A stretch of DNA of 28,298 bases from Myxococcota bacterium (lineage in GTDB: Bacteria; Myxococcota; XYA12-FULL-58-9; JALHOP01), in NCBI GenBank assembly GCA_041288095.1, contig JBGGMJ010000038.1:1-28298 (forward strand), written 5' to 3'. The translations under genes and the position numbers were made by a program. A model generated the notes under the pieces. That model did no database searches and was not told the origin of the DNA. It saw only the letters and a list, made by a program, of their open reading frames with translations. Positions 6,546 through 16,073 of this stretch are shown piece after piece; within the stretch, counting starts at the first letter, position 1, and every line of letters begins with the position of its first letter.

Positions 6546-8507
6546 CTAGAAGGCGTAAGCGACGCGCAGCACGACTTCGCGACCCGGTCCGATGTAGGGC
6601 GGGTGTCCGCCGTCGTACGGCTGGATCAGCGGGTTGCGCGCGTCGCCGATGTTGTGGAGTGTGAGCGAGCCCTCGAGACCCTTCAACCGTGGGTCGTGCA
6701 CGAAGATCGTCGCCGACAGATAGACCACCGGTTTGAAGCTCGAGACCACCGCGTCACCGGCGCCATCGAAGCCCGCTATGGCGTATCGGCGGCTCATCCC
6801 CACCGCCGTGCCACCGACCGACAGCCATGGAGTCACGGCGAAGCTCCCCGCCAACGTCAGCTTGTGGGTCGGCCAGGCGAGTAGGTCTTTATCGCGGCCC
6901 GGTACTTCGTAGGTCGGCGTCGTGTCTTTTCCAGCGGTCGTATAGAACGAGTACCCGAGCGTCGCGTAGCTACCGGCATGCGAGTAGCGCAGTACCGACT
7001 CGACGCCGCGGCTGCCGATGTTGCCGGCGTTGGCGTAGAGCTCTTCACCCGAGGATGCGTCGACCCCGTAAACGATTGGATTGGTGATCGTGAGGTCGAA
7101 CAGGTTCGCGGTCAGGAACAAGCTCGAGCCGATGCGGTAGCCGCCCTCGATCTCGAACGCGGTGGTGCGCTCGGGCTCGATGTCGGGATTGGTCGCGATG
7201 TTCTCGATCACGGGCGCGCGGAAGGCACGCGACGCCAACCCCTTCACGTGGAATTCGCCGAAGACCCGCGTCAGAGCCAGGCGAGGCACGAACGAGGCAC
7301 CGAACTGCGAATGGTGCTCGACGCGCGCACCGCCTTGGATGTTGACGATGGACGTCCGCCACAGCGCTTCCGCGAAGCCGACATAGTTCTGGTAGTCGAC
7401 GCTGTTCTCGCCGTCGAACGTGGTGTTGAAGCCGAGGTCTGCTTGGTCGGCGTTGATGCTCGCGTGGTCGAGCCATACGTCGGCGCCGGCGGCCACTGTC
7501 AGTGTCTCGTGTGCCGCCCACAACGCCGTGGCACCGGCGGTCACGCGTCGCGCGGTCTTGTTATAGAAGCTCGGCTCGGCCTCGTCGGGTGTGTTCCAAG
7601 GTTTCTGCCAGGTCAACGACACACGCGGGGTGAGGGTCAGCGTGTCCGCCAGATGCCAGGCGTAGCGCACCTCGGCGCGCGCGGTGCGGAACGTCTGTGA
7701 CACCGGGGCCACGGCGAGCTCGCCGAACTCGGATTGCTCGGTGGTGCGATAGTCGTCATAGATGAAGCGCGCTTCGAGTCCGCGATAACGAACGCCTACG
7801 TTGACGAAGCCGGGGTTGAGGTCGCTTCCATCTTGCATGTCGAAGCGGTCGCCGTTCGCGTCCACGAAGATGCGGTCGCTGCGGATGCCTTGGCCGTAAG
7901 CGACCTGGCCGACGACTTCCAGCTCACCGATGCGTTGGCCGAAGCCGGCGCTCGCCTGCCAGCGGCCGGTGGTGTCGCGCATGCGGCCGTAAGTGGCCGC
8001 GACCGCGCCGCCATCGAGTGACGCCGCCGTCCGCGTGATCACATCGATGACCGCGAGCTCCGCGAAGCCGCCGTAGACCACCGAGCCCGGCCCGCGGATG
8101 ACCTCGACGCGCTCGATGAGCTCGACCGGGAAATGATTGCCGAACTGCAGCGTGCCATACAGCAGCTCGTTCATCGGCTGGCCGTCGATGAGCAAGAGCA
8201 CTTTGCCTTCGTGGCCCCACAGTCCGCGAAAGCCGATACCGACGACGCCCTGAACGTCGACACCGAAGCCGACACCCGGCACGAGCGCCAGCACGTCCAT
8301 CAGGTCGCGCGCCCCGACGCGCACGATCTCGTCCCGCGAGATCACCGTGATGATCGCGGGGGACTCGCGCAGCGTCAGTTGCGTCGAGGAGGCGACGTCC
8401 GTCTCGAACGTCAATAGCCCTTCGAGATCGAGGGTGTTGATGTCGACCTGTTCGGGTTCCGGTTCGACACTGAGGGCAAGGGCAACCACGAGGGGGGCGA
8501 GGTGCAC
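6546..8507 (-). CDS. TonB-dependent outer-membrane receptor
   Basis: 653 aa; hydrophobic N-terminus; plug motifs ESPAIITVISRDEI, LLLIDGQP, IERVEVIRGPGSVVYG; barrel motifs AFRAP and IEPE; C-terminal GREVVLRVAYAF ending in Phe. Confidence 0.93.
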   Translation of the reverse strand: MHLAPLVVALALSVEPEPEQVDINTLDLEGLLTFETDVASSTQLTLRESPAIITVISRDEIVRVGARDLMDVLALVPGVGFGVDVQGVVGIGFRGLWGHEGKVLLLIDGQPMNELLYGTLQFGNHFPVELIERVEVIRGPGSVVYGGFAELAVIDVITRTAASLDGGAVAATYGRMRDTTGRWQASAGFGQRIGELEVVGQVAYGQGIRSDRIFVDANGDRFDMQDGSDLNPGFVNVGVRYRGLEARFIYDDYRTTEQSEFGELAVAPVSQTFRTARAEVRYAWHLADTLTLTPRVSLTWQKPWNTPDEAEPSFYNKTARRVTAGATALWAAHETLTVAAGADVWLDHASINADQADLGFNTTFDGENSVDYQNYVGFAEALWRTSIVNIQGGARVEHHSQFGASFVPRLALTRVFGEFHVKGLASRAFRAPVIENIATNPDIEPERTTAFEIEGGYRIGSSLFLTANLFDLTITNPIVYGVDASSGEELYANAGNIGSRGVESVLRYSHAGSYATLGYSFYTTAGKDTTPTYEVPGRDKDLLAWPTHKLTLAGSFAVTPWLSVGGTAVGMSRRYAIAGFDGAGDAVVSSFKPVVYLSATIFVHDPRLKGLEGSLTLHNIGDARNPLIQPYDGGHPPYIGPGREVVLRVAYAF

Positions 8508-8710
8508 GTCGCCCAGGGTAGCCGAGAATGCCGTCGGGTCACAAAATTAGTAACCGTGTCGCGCCGTTAATGTGGTGGCGGGCGGGTAACCAACGGCTTA
8601 CCCTATTGGGGTACGGAACCACCCCCGCACGCGTTTTGCGCCGCTTCTTGACTCATTAGGTGCGCGGGGGTGATGGTCGCATCAGGCGATCATCGAAGGG
8701 TCTCTCGAGC

Positions 8711-9964
<1,254 letters not shown>

Positions 9965-9984
9965 GCGCAGCCGTGCCCGTTCGC

Positions 9985-10033
9985 CCGTGAGTCACGGCGC
10001 CGGCTCAACCGCTTCGGCGGTCGCCGGCTCACG
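9985..10033. other. GC-rich branched stem-loop between convergent clpX and beta-barrel genes
   Basis: CGTGAG (9986-9991) pairs with CTCACG (10028-10033); internal ACCGC-TTCG-GCGGT tetraloop hairpin (10008-10021); CCGTGA-G-TCACGG palindrome (9985-9997); CGCCGGCTCA occurs twice. Confidence 0.5.
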
Positions 10034-10070
10034 AAACCTCCGTGTCCGGCGGACCGCCTAGGCGAAACTA

Positions 10071-10910
10071 CTAGAACAGAATCAGCAGACCCAACGACGC
10101 GCCCTGATTCAACGCGGTGTTGAAGTTGAACCACGCCGGCGTGTTGCTCTCCTGGCGCGTGCTGGTGACGGTGGTCTCACCCGTGAGGGTGCTGGTCACC
10201 GTCGTGCGGTTGTCGAAGTCCGAGTACGTCAGGACGTCGAGCGTCGCGTTGTACTCGGCGAACACCGCGAAGTTCGGGTGCAAGCGCCACTCGGCGCCGA
10301 TGATGCCACGCAGGCCGAAGTTCAACTGGTTGGAGCGATTGCGGACGCTCGTCACCACGTTTTCGACCGTGACGTCATCGTCACTCGTCTCGCGTTGATG
10401 CCCGTACCCGACGTACGCGCCAGCGCCGACATACGGCGCCACCTTGTTACGCGTCAGACGATACAGCGCGTCGACGCGAGTGGTGACGTTGAAGTTGCTG
10501 GTCTGGCCGGCGTCGTAGTCATACGTCTTGACCACGCTCCCGGCGGTTTCCAGCGTCGTCTCCGTCGTCTGCGGCGGATTGTGCCCGCGCGACAGCGAAA
10601 CGCCGCCGCGGAGCATGAATTCCTCGCTGAACATCCAGGCGCCGGCGACTCCGAAGCCTTGGTACTCAGACAGGAAGCTGCCGTCCTGCAGGATGTTGTT
10701 GAACGAGAACACGAGACCCCAAGGCGTATTCCAGCCCTGGTCACGACGCTTGTCGACTTCGTAGTCGCTATTCGTCGTGGTGCTACTCGTTGTTACCGTC
10801 GTGGTGCTGCCGGTATTTACCGGCGGCGCCGTCGGGTCTTCTTGAGATCGAGCCGCAGTGGCCAGGAGCGAGCTCCCGAGCACCGCGGTCAATGCTAGCT
10901 TCTTGAACAT
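10071..10910 (-). CDS. Outer-membrane beta-barrel protein (small, OmpA/OmpW-like transmembrane fold)
   Basis: ATG at 10910 with AGAGGA SD; signal peptide MFKKLALTAVLGSSLLATAARS; amphipathic strands (VAPYVGAGAYVGY, GIIGAEWRLHPNFAVFAEY); C-terminal Phe. Confidence 0.8.
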   Translation of the reverse strand: MFKKLALTAVLGSSLLATAARSQEDPTAPPVNTGSTTTVTTSSTTTNSDYEVDKRRDQGWNTPWGLVFSFNNILQDGSFLSEYQGFGVAGAWMFSEEFMLRGGVSLSRGHNPPQTTETTLETAGSVVKTYDYDAGQTSNFNVTTRVDALYRLTRNKVAPYVGAGAYVGYGHQRETSDDDVTVENVVTSVRNRSNQLNFGLRGIIGAEWRLHPNFAVFAEYNATLDVLTYSDFDNRTTVTSTLTGETTVTSTRQESNTPAWFNFNTALNQGASLGLLILF

Positions 10911-10961
10911 CGATTCCTCTTTAGGGGTGAGTCGTTTTGTCAAACAGGGATCAAAGGCCGC

Positions 10962-12074
10962 TTATGGGACGTCGCGGACGTTGATGTTCGTGTTGACGTT
11001 GGTGGCAGTACCGCGCAGCGAGACCGCGTTCAGGTTCTCACAGGTCGCGCCACCAGAGACGCGCACACCCACGTTGTCGAAGCGCACGCGCAGATCCTGA
11101 GCGGTGTCGTCAGCGCCCTGGATGTTGTAAACCAGCGTGAGCTGCGTGCCGCCCGAGCCGAGCGTCGCGGTCACCGGGTTGACCGTCGCCGGAGCGATGG
11201 TGCCGGCGGGAACCGTGTTGACCCACGTCATCGGCGAAGCCAACGCGCAGAGCACGACCGGGTACGGGAAGGTCACAGTCAGGTTCGACTGCGTGCCACC
11301 GTTCTCGTTGTTCGCCGAGAGCGCGACCGGCTCGATCGCCGGTGGGCCCATGAACACCACGACCTGCGGGAAGTCGGTACCGGCCTTGAAGTTATCGACG
11401 ACCTTCGGGGTCAGGTACTGGTTCTGAGCATTACGCGCCGAGGTGACGGTGATGTCGTAGGTCGCGCCGTACACGAGCTGAGCGCGCGGCAGAGTCGCCG
11501 TCCCGCCGGTGATCGTGATGTTGATGGTGCTCGGCGTGAAGCCAACGGTGCCGCTGAACGGCGAGGTGCCGGCGCCCGCGAGCGAGCCGATGGTGGCGGT
11601 CAGGTCGATCTTGGCGCTCACTTCGCCGCTGGAGATCAGCGTGCCGGTGTTGCCGTCATAGACCTTCACGACCACGTCATCGCTGACGCTCAAGACCGGG
11701 AACATGGCGACGGTGAACGTCTGGAACGACGGCTCCGTCCACTCGCTGGTGATGTCATCACCACCGTTGAAGTTCTGCACACCGGTCACGGGGAGGAAGC
11801 CCTCCGCCGAGATGGTGACGGGGAACGAGCCGTTCGGAATGCCGGTGACGATGTACGCGTTACCCGCGAACTCGCCGGTCAGCGTGTTCTCCCCGACTTG
11901 CACTGTGACGGTCACGCCGTCGAGGACGCCGCCGCTCTGCGCGTCGAAGACAAACAACGTGAGGTTGTTCGTTCCGAAGCGGTATTGCGGACGATCGCCG
12001 AGCTCGACGTCGGTACCGCAGGATGTGATGGCAAAGGCAGATACAAATAGGACAGACGCAAGCAAACGCTTCAC
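10962..12074 (-). CDS. Beta-rich lipoprotein with carboxypeptidase-regulatory/Ig-like domains
   Basis: GTG with GGAGGA SD (12084-12089); signal peptide with lipobox-like ITSC (Cys19); VFDAQSGGVLDGVTVTV...GIPNGSFPVTISAEGF resembles a transthyretin-like sandwich; a second VYDGNTG unit follows. Confidence 0.75.
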   Translation of the reverse strand: MKRLLASVLFVSAFAITSCGTDVELGDRPQYRFGTNNLTLFVFDAQSGGVLDGVTVTVQVGENTLTGEFAGNAYIVTGIPNGSFPVTISAEGFLPVTGVQNFNGGDDITSEWTEPSFQTFTVAMFPVLSVSDDVVVKVYDGNTGTLISSGEVSAKIDLTATIGSLAGAGTSPFSGTVGFTPSTINITITGGTATLPRAQLVYGATYDITVTSARNAQNQYLTPKVVDNFKAGTDFPQVVVFMGPPAIEPVALSANNENGGTQSNLTVTFPYPVVLCALASPMTWVNTVPAGTIAPATVNPVTATLGSGGTQLTLVYNIQGADDTAQDLRVRFDNVGVRVSGGATCENLNAVSLRGTATNVNTNINVRDVP

Positions 12075-12200
12075 GTAGGACGTTCCTCCGCGATGCTGTG
12101 GGGGATTCCCGCATCGCAGGGCGCAATTTGCACGTGTAGTGGCGCCGGTGCAAAACCTTTCTTTCGGACGTGCTGACGGGCGACGTGATCAGGAGGTGAC

Positions 12201-12230
12201 TTGGCAGGGGTGGACCAGGGCGCCTATGCT
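12201..12230 (+). promoter_or_regulatory. Putative sigma70-type promoter of lon (possibly leaderless)
   Basis: TTGGCA (12201-12206), 18-nt spacer, TATGCT (12225-12230), then 7 nt to ATG 12238. Confidence 0.5.
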
Positions 12231-12237
12231 AGATCAC

Positions 12238-14661
12238 ATGATCATGAAGCCGTCCGAGCCTCGGCTGTTACCGCTGCTTCCGTTGCGCGACATCGTCGTC
12301 TTTCCGCACATGATGGTGCCGCTTTACGTTGGCCGGACGCGCTCGATCAACGCCGTCGAAGAAGCCATGCGTGGCAACCGCGAGATTCTGCTCGCCGCGC
12401 AGAAAAAGGCGAAGACCAACGAGCCCACGCCCGAAGATATCTTCATGGTCGGCACCGTCGGCCAGGTGATGCAGCACATCAAACGTCCCGACGGCACCGT
12501 GAAAGTGCTGGTCGAGGGACGCCGGCGCTGCCGCATCCGCCGCTTCATTGCCAACGAGTCGTTCTTCTTGGCGGAGGTCGAGGACGTCGCCGAGCGCACC
12601 GATCCATCCGTCGAGCTCGACGCGCTGGTGCGCACCGTTCAAGACACCTTCGACAACTACGCGCGGCTCTCGCGTCGCCTGCAGCCCGACGTTTTGATGT
12701 CCATCAAAGCGATCGAGGACGCCGGCCGGCTCGCTGACACCATCGTCGCGCACCTGCCCATCAAGCATCCGGACAAGCAGGCGATGCTCGAGATGGACCT
12801 CGCGAAGGAGCGTCTCGAGAAGCTCTACGAGCTCATGCAGGGCGAGATCGAAATCCTGCAGGTCGAGAGGAAGATCCGCTCGCGCGTCAAGAAGCAGATG
12901 GAGCGCACCGAGAAGGAGTACTACCTCAACGAGCAAATGCGGGCGATCCAGAAGGAGCTGGGCGAGCGCGACGAGTTCAAGAACGAGATTCAAGAGCTCG
13001 AGGAAAAGCTCAAGGCCAAGAAGGTGCCCGCCGAAGCCCGCGCCAAGGTCGAAAAAGAAGTCAAAAAGCTCAAGATGATGTCGCCGATGTCCGCTGAAGC
13101 GACAGTCGTGCGCAACTACATCGACTGGTGCATCGCGCTGCCGTGGCAGGAGTACACCGAGGAGAAGCTCGACATCACGCAGGCCGAGAACATCCTCGAC
13201 GAGGATCACTACGGCCTGAAGAAACCGAAAGAGCGCATCCTCGAGTACTTGGCCGTCCACAAGCTGGTCGAGAAGATGAAAGGACCGATCTTGTGTCTGG
13301 TCGGTCCGCCCGGCGTCGGTAAGACGTCGCTCGCGCGCTCGATTGCGCGCGCCACCCAACGCAACTTCGTGCGCTTGTCGCTCGGCGGCGTGCGTGACGA
13401 GGCGGAGATCCGCGGTCATCGCAGCACGTACATCGGCGCGCTGCCCGGCAAGATCATTCAGTCGTTGCGCAAGGCAGGGTCGTCGAACCCGGTCTTCCTC
13501 CTCGACGAGATCGACAAGATGTCGATGGACTTCCGCGGCGATCCGTCAGCCGCGCTGCTCGAGGTCTTGGACCCGGCGCAGAACGAGACGTTCAACGACC
13601 ATTACCTCGACATGGACTACGACCTGTCGCGGATCATGTTCATCTGCACCGCCAATTCGCTGCAGAACATTCCGCTGCCGCTCGAGGACCGTCTCGAGAT
13701 CATCCGCCTCGCCGGCTACACCGAGATGGAAAAGCTCGCTATCGCGGAAAAGTATCTGGTCCCGAAGCAGCTCAAGGAGAACGGCATCGGCGACGTGTCG
13801 GTCGATTGGAACGAGGCCGCCACCAAGACGATCATTCAGCTCTACACGCGGGAAGCGGGCGTGCGTACGCTCGAGCGCGAGATCGCCGCGGTGTCGCGCA
13901 AGATCGCCAAAGAGGTGGTCAAAAACGGAAAGGACCAGAAGTTCCGTGTCACGCCGTCGGTGACGAAGAAGTACTTGGGCGTGGCGAAGTTCCGCGCCAA
14001 CCGTCGCGAAGACATCGCCGAGATCGGCATGGCCACCGGCCTCGCCTGGACGCAGATGGGCGGCGAGATCTTGCAGATCGAGGTCACGACGATGCCCGGC
14101 AAGGGCAAGCTGACCATCACTGGCAAGCTCGGTGACGTCATGCAGGAGTCCGCTCAAGCGGCCATGAGCTACGTGCGCGCGCGCGCCAACTCGTGGGGGC
14201 TCGCCAACGACTTCTACGCGTCGGTGGACATCCACATCCACGTGCCCGAGGGCGCGATGCCCAAGGACGGTCCGTCCGCGGGTATCACCATGGCGACGGC
14301 GCTGGTCTCGGCGCTCACCAAGATCCCGGTGCGGCATGACATCGCCATGACCGGCGAGATCACGCTGCGCGGTCGCGTCTTGCCGATCGGTGGCTTGAAG
14401 GAAAAGGCGCTGGCTGCCCATCGCGCCGAGATCCGCGAGATCATCGTCCCCAAAGAGAACGAGAAGGACCTCGACGAGATCCCATCGAGCGTTCGCAAGG
14501 CCCTGCGCATTCACGTGGTCGATCACATCGACCAGGTGCTGCGTCACGCTCTCGAGCTCTCCGACCCCGAGGAGTTTTTCTCGCGGGGGAAGGGGCCGAT
14601 CAAAGAGCCTGGCGAGCCACGCAGCGGTGAGCCCGCGGCTGGTGGCACTAAGGTTCAGTGA
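12238..14661 (+). CDS. lon: ATP-dependent Lon protease (LonA)
   Basis: [14 protein letters not shown]-domain; Walker A GPPGVGKT; Walker [17 protein letters not shown] catalytic Ser (14275) with Lys 43 residues later (14404). Start is 12238 or 12244 rather than 12139. Confidence 0.98.
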   Translation: MIMKPSEPRLLPLLPLRDIVVFPHMMVPLYVGRTRSINAVEEAMRGNREILLAAQKKAKTNEPTPEDIFMVGTVGQVMQHIKRPDGTVKVLVEGRRRCRIRRFIANESFFLAEVEDVAERTDPSVELDALVRTVQDTFDNYARLSRRLQPDVLMSIKAIEDAGRLADTIVAHLPIKHPDKQAMLEMDLAKERLEKLYELMQGEIEILQVERKIRSRVKKQMERTEKEYYLNEQMRAIQKELGERDEFKNEIQELEEKLKAKKVPAEARAKVEKEVKKLKMMSPMSAEATVVRNYIDWCIALPWQEYTEEKLDITQAENILDEDHYGLKKPKERILEYLAVHKLVEKMKGPILCLVGPPGVGKTSLARSIARATQRNFVRLSLGGVRDEAEIRGHRSTYIGALPGKIIQSLRKAGSSNPVFLLDEIDKMSMDFRGDPSAALLEVLDPAQNETFNDHYLDMDYDLSRIMFICTANSLQNIPLPLEDRLEIIRLAGYTEMEKLAIAEKYLVPKQLKENGIGDVSVDWNEAATKTIIQLYTREAGVRTLEREIAAVSRKIAKEVVKNGKDQKFRVTPSVTKKYLGVAKFRANRREDIAEIGMATGLAWTQMGGEILQIEVTTMPGKGKLTITGKLGDVMQESAQAAMSYVRARANSWGLANDFYASVDIHIHVPEGAMPKDGPSAGITMATALVSALTKIPVRHDIAMTGEITLRGRVLPIGGLKEKALAAHRAEIREIIVPKENEKDLDEIPSSVRKALRIHVVDHIDQVLRHALELSDPEEFFSRGKGPIKEPGEPRSGEPAAGGTKVQ

Positions 14662-14663
14662 CG

Positions 14664-15974
14664 CTACGCTAAAACGTACGTGGTCTCGACCATGAGATGG
14701 TCGGAGAAGGCCTTCGTCGACCCATCGCCGACGGGATAGCAGTCTCCAAGCATCGTGCGGTAGGCGACCGCGCCGAGGAGCTTGCCGGGCTGCGTGGCGC
14801 TGGCGAGCTGGTAGTCGATGCGGCGGTTGCGCAGGTCGTACTCGCCGGCGAGCACCTGCCGGAAGTGGTGGTTCATGGTGCCACCGTTGTCCTTCGAGTC
14901 GACCGCGGCCCAGGCGTCGGAGTGACCGATGTCACGCATGAATTTGTGCATCGAGATGACACCGGTCGCGGCGTGCAGCATGCCGTCCGGGATCTTGGTG
15001 TCGACGAGCTCGACCGTGTTGAGATCCGAGCCATTCAGCGAGTAGCTCACCTTGGCGGACAACTCTTTGAATACCTTCGCCATGGCGTCGAACTGACGCG
15101 CGCGCAGCGGCTCGTAGTCGGGCAGCGGGTTCAAGTGGGTGGTGCTCACCAGCACCTTCTCGCCGTTCGTGAGCTCTATGATCGCGTAGGCAAGACCACG
15201 GCGGCTGCCCCAGATGCGATCGAACGAGGCGCGCAGGTTCCAGCCGCGCTCGTCGTTGAGCTCGGCGATGCCTTGCTCGACGATGCGCTTGAAGTCGGGG
15301 CGTTTGCGGATGAGCAGCTGCAAGCCATAGGGGCGCATCTCTTTGTCGGGGAAGACGCAGATATAGCCGTTGTCTTCGGCGGCCTGGCGCAATGCGACCT
15401 GAGCCTCCGGGATCCAGACTTCCTGGCATTGGATGACGTCGGGCGGGCCGGGCGGGGCAATGACGCCGCCGCGCATGTCGGCGCGACCCGAGCGGCCGTG
15501 GAGGACCTCCGCCAAAACGGTGTTGTAAAATTCACGACGCTGGGTGGCGAACTTGACCCGGATGAGGCCGGCGATGTCGAGCTGGCCGACGTTGATGGTG
15601 GCGCTGCGGATGACGGTCTGTTCGGTATGCCGGCGCTTCGCGATGGCGGCGAGCGCGAGGTCGTTCTTGCCGGCCATCAGCGCCCAGTTCAGTGCCGACA
15701 CCTGCTGGGCTTCTTCGACGAGCTGGAGGGTGGACTTGCCACCCTTGAGCGCGCGCTCGCGCAGCAGCGCTAGGTCGTTGTTCGCGATGTCGAGCCGATC
15801 GATCGGGAGGATCGGCTTGCCACGCTGCATCTTCGCGGGCGGCGCCGCGGGCATGCCCTGGGCAGCGAGTAACGCGCTCGTGGAGACCTGGCCGAGGAGG
15901 TTGGCTCGCGTGGACCGAAGGCGCAAATCCGCCTTGGCCTGCGGGAGCGCCGCGGGGAGCTTGGCTGTATTCAT
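14664..15974 (-). CDS. Endonuclease/exonuclease/phosphatase (EEP) family protein with long N-terminal extension
   Basis: EEP motifs in order: ATINV, PDVIQCQEV, TTHL, GSDLN, DAW, RIDY, FSDH; about 120 aa precede the first motif. Confidence 0.85.
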   Translation of the reverse strand: MNTAKLPAALPQAKADLRLRSTRANLLGQVSTSALLAAQGMPAAPPAKMQRGKPILPIDRLDIANNDLALLRERALKGGKSTLQLVEEAQQVSALNWALMAGKNDLALAAIAKRRHTEQTVIRSATINVGQLDIAGLIRVKFATQRREFYNTVLAEVLHGRSGRADMRGGVIAPPGPPDVIQCQEVWIPEAQVALRQAAEDNGYICVFPDKEMRPYGLQLLIRKRPDFKRIVEQGIAELNDERGWNLRASFDRIWGSRRGLAYAIIELTNGEKVLVSTTHLNPLPDYEPLRARQFDAMAKVFKELSAKVSYSLNGSDLNTVELVDTKIPDGMLHAATGVISMHKFMRDIGHSDAWAAVDSKDNGGTMNHHFRQVLAGEYDLRNRRIDYQLASATQPGKLLGAVAYRTMLGDCYPVGDGSTKAFSDHLMVETTYVLA

Positions 15975-16073
15975 GTGAGCTAGGGGCGACCAGTCAGGAA
16001 GGGGACTGACACCCGGTCACAGAATCGGCACCGTACGCGGTGTGTTGTCGAAAATTCGCACCCTGACGCTGAT

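Noticed and set aside
10071-12074. TraA/TraB kin-recognition pair
   Set aside because: The lipoprotein lacks Cys-rich repeats and a MYXO-CTERM tail; the barrel lacks thrombospondin repeats and an OmpA C-terminal domain.
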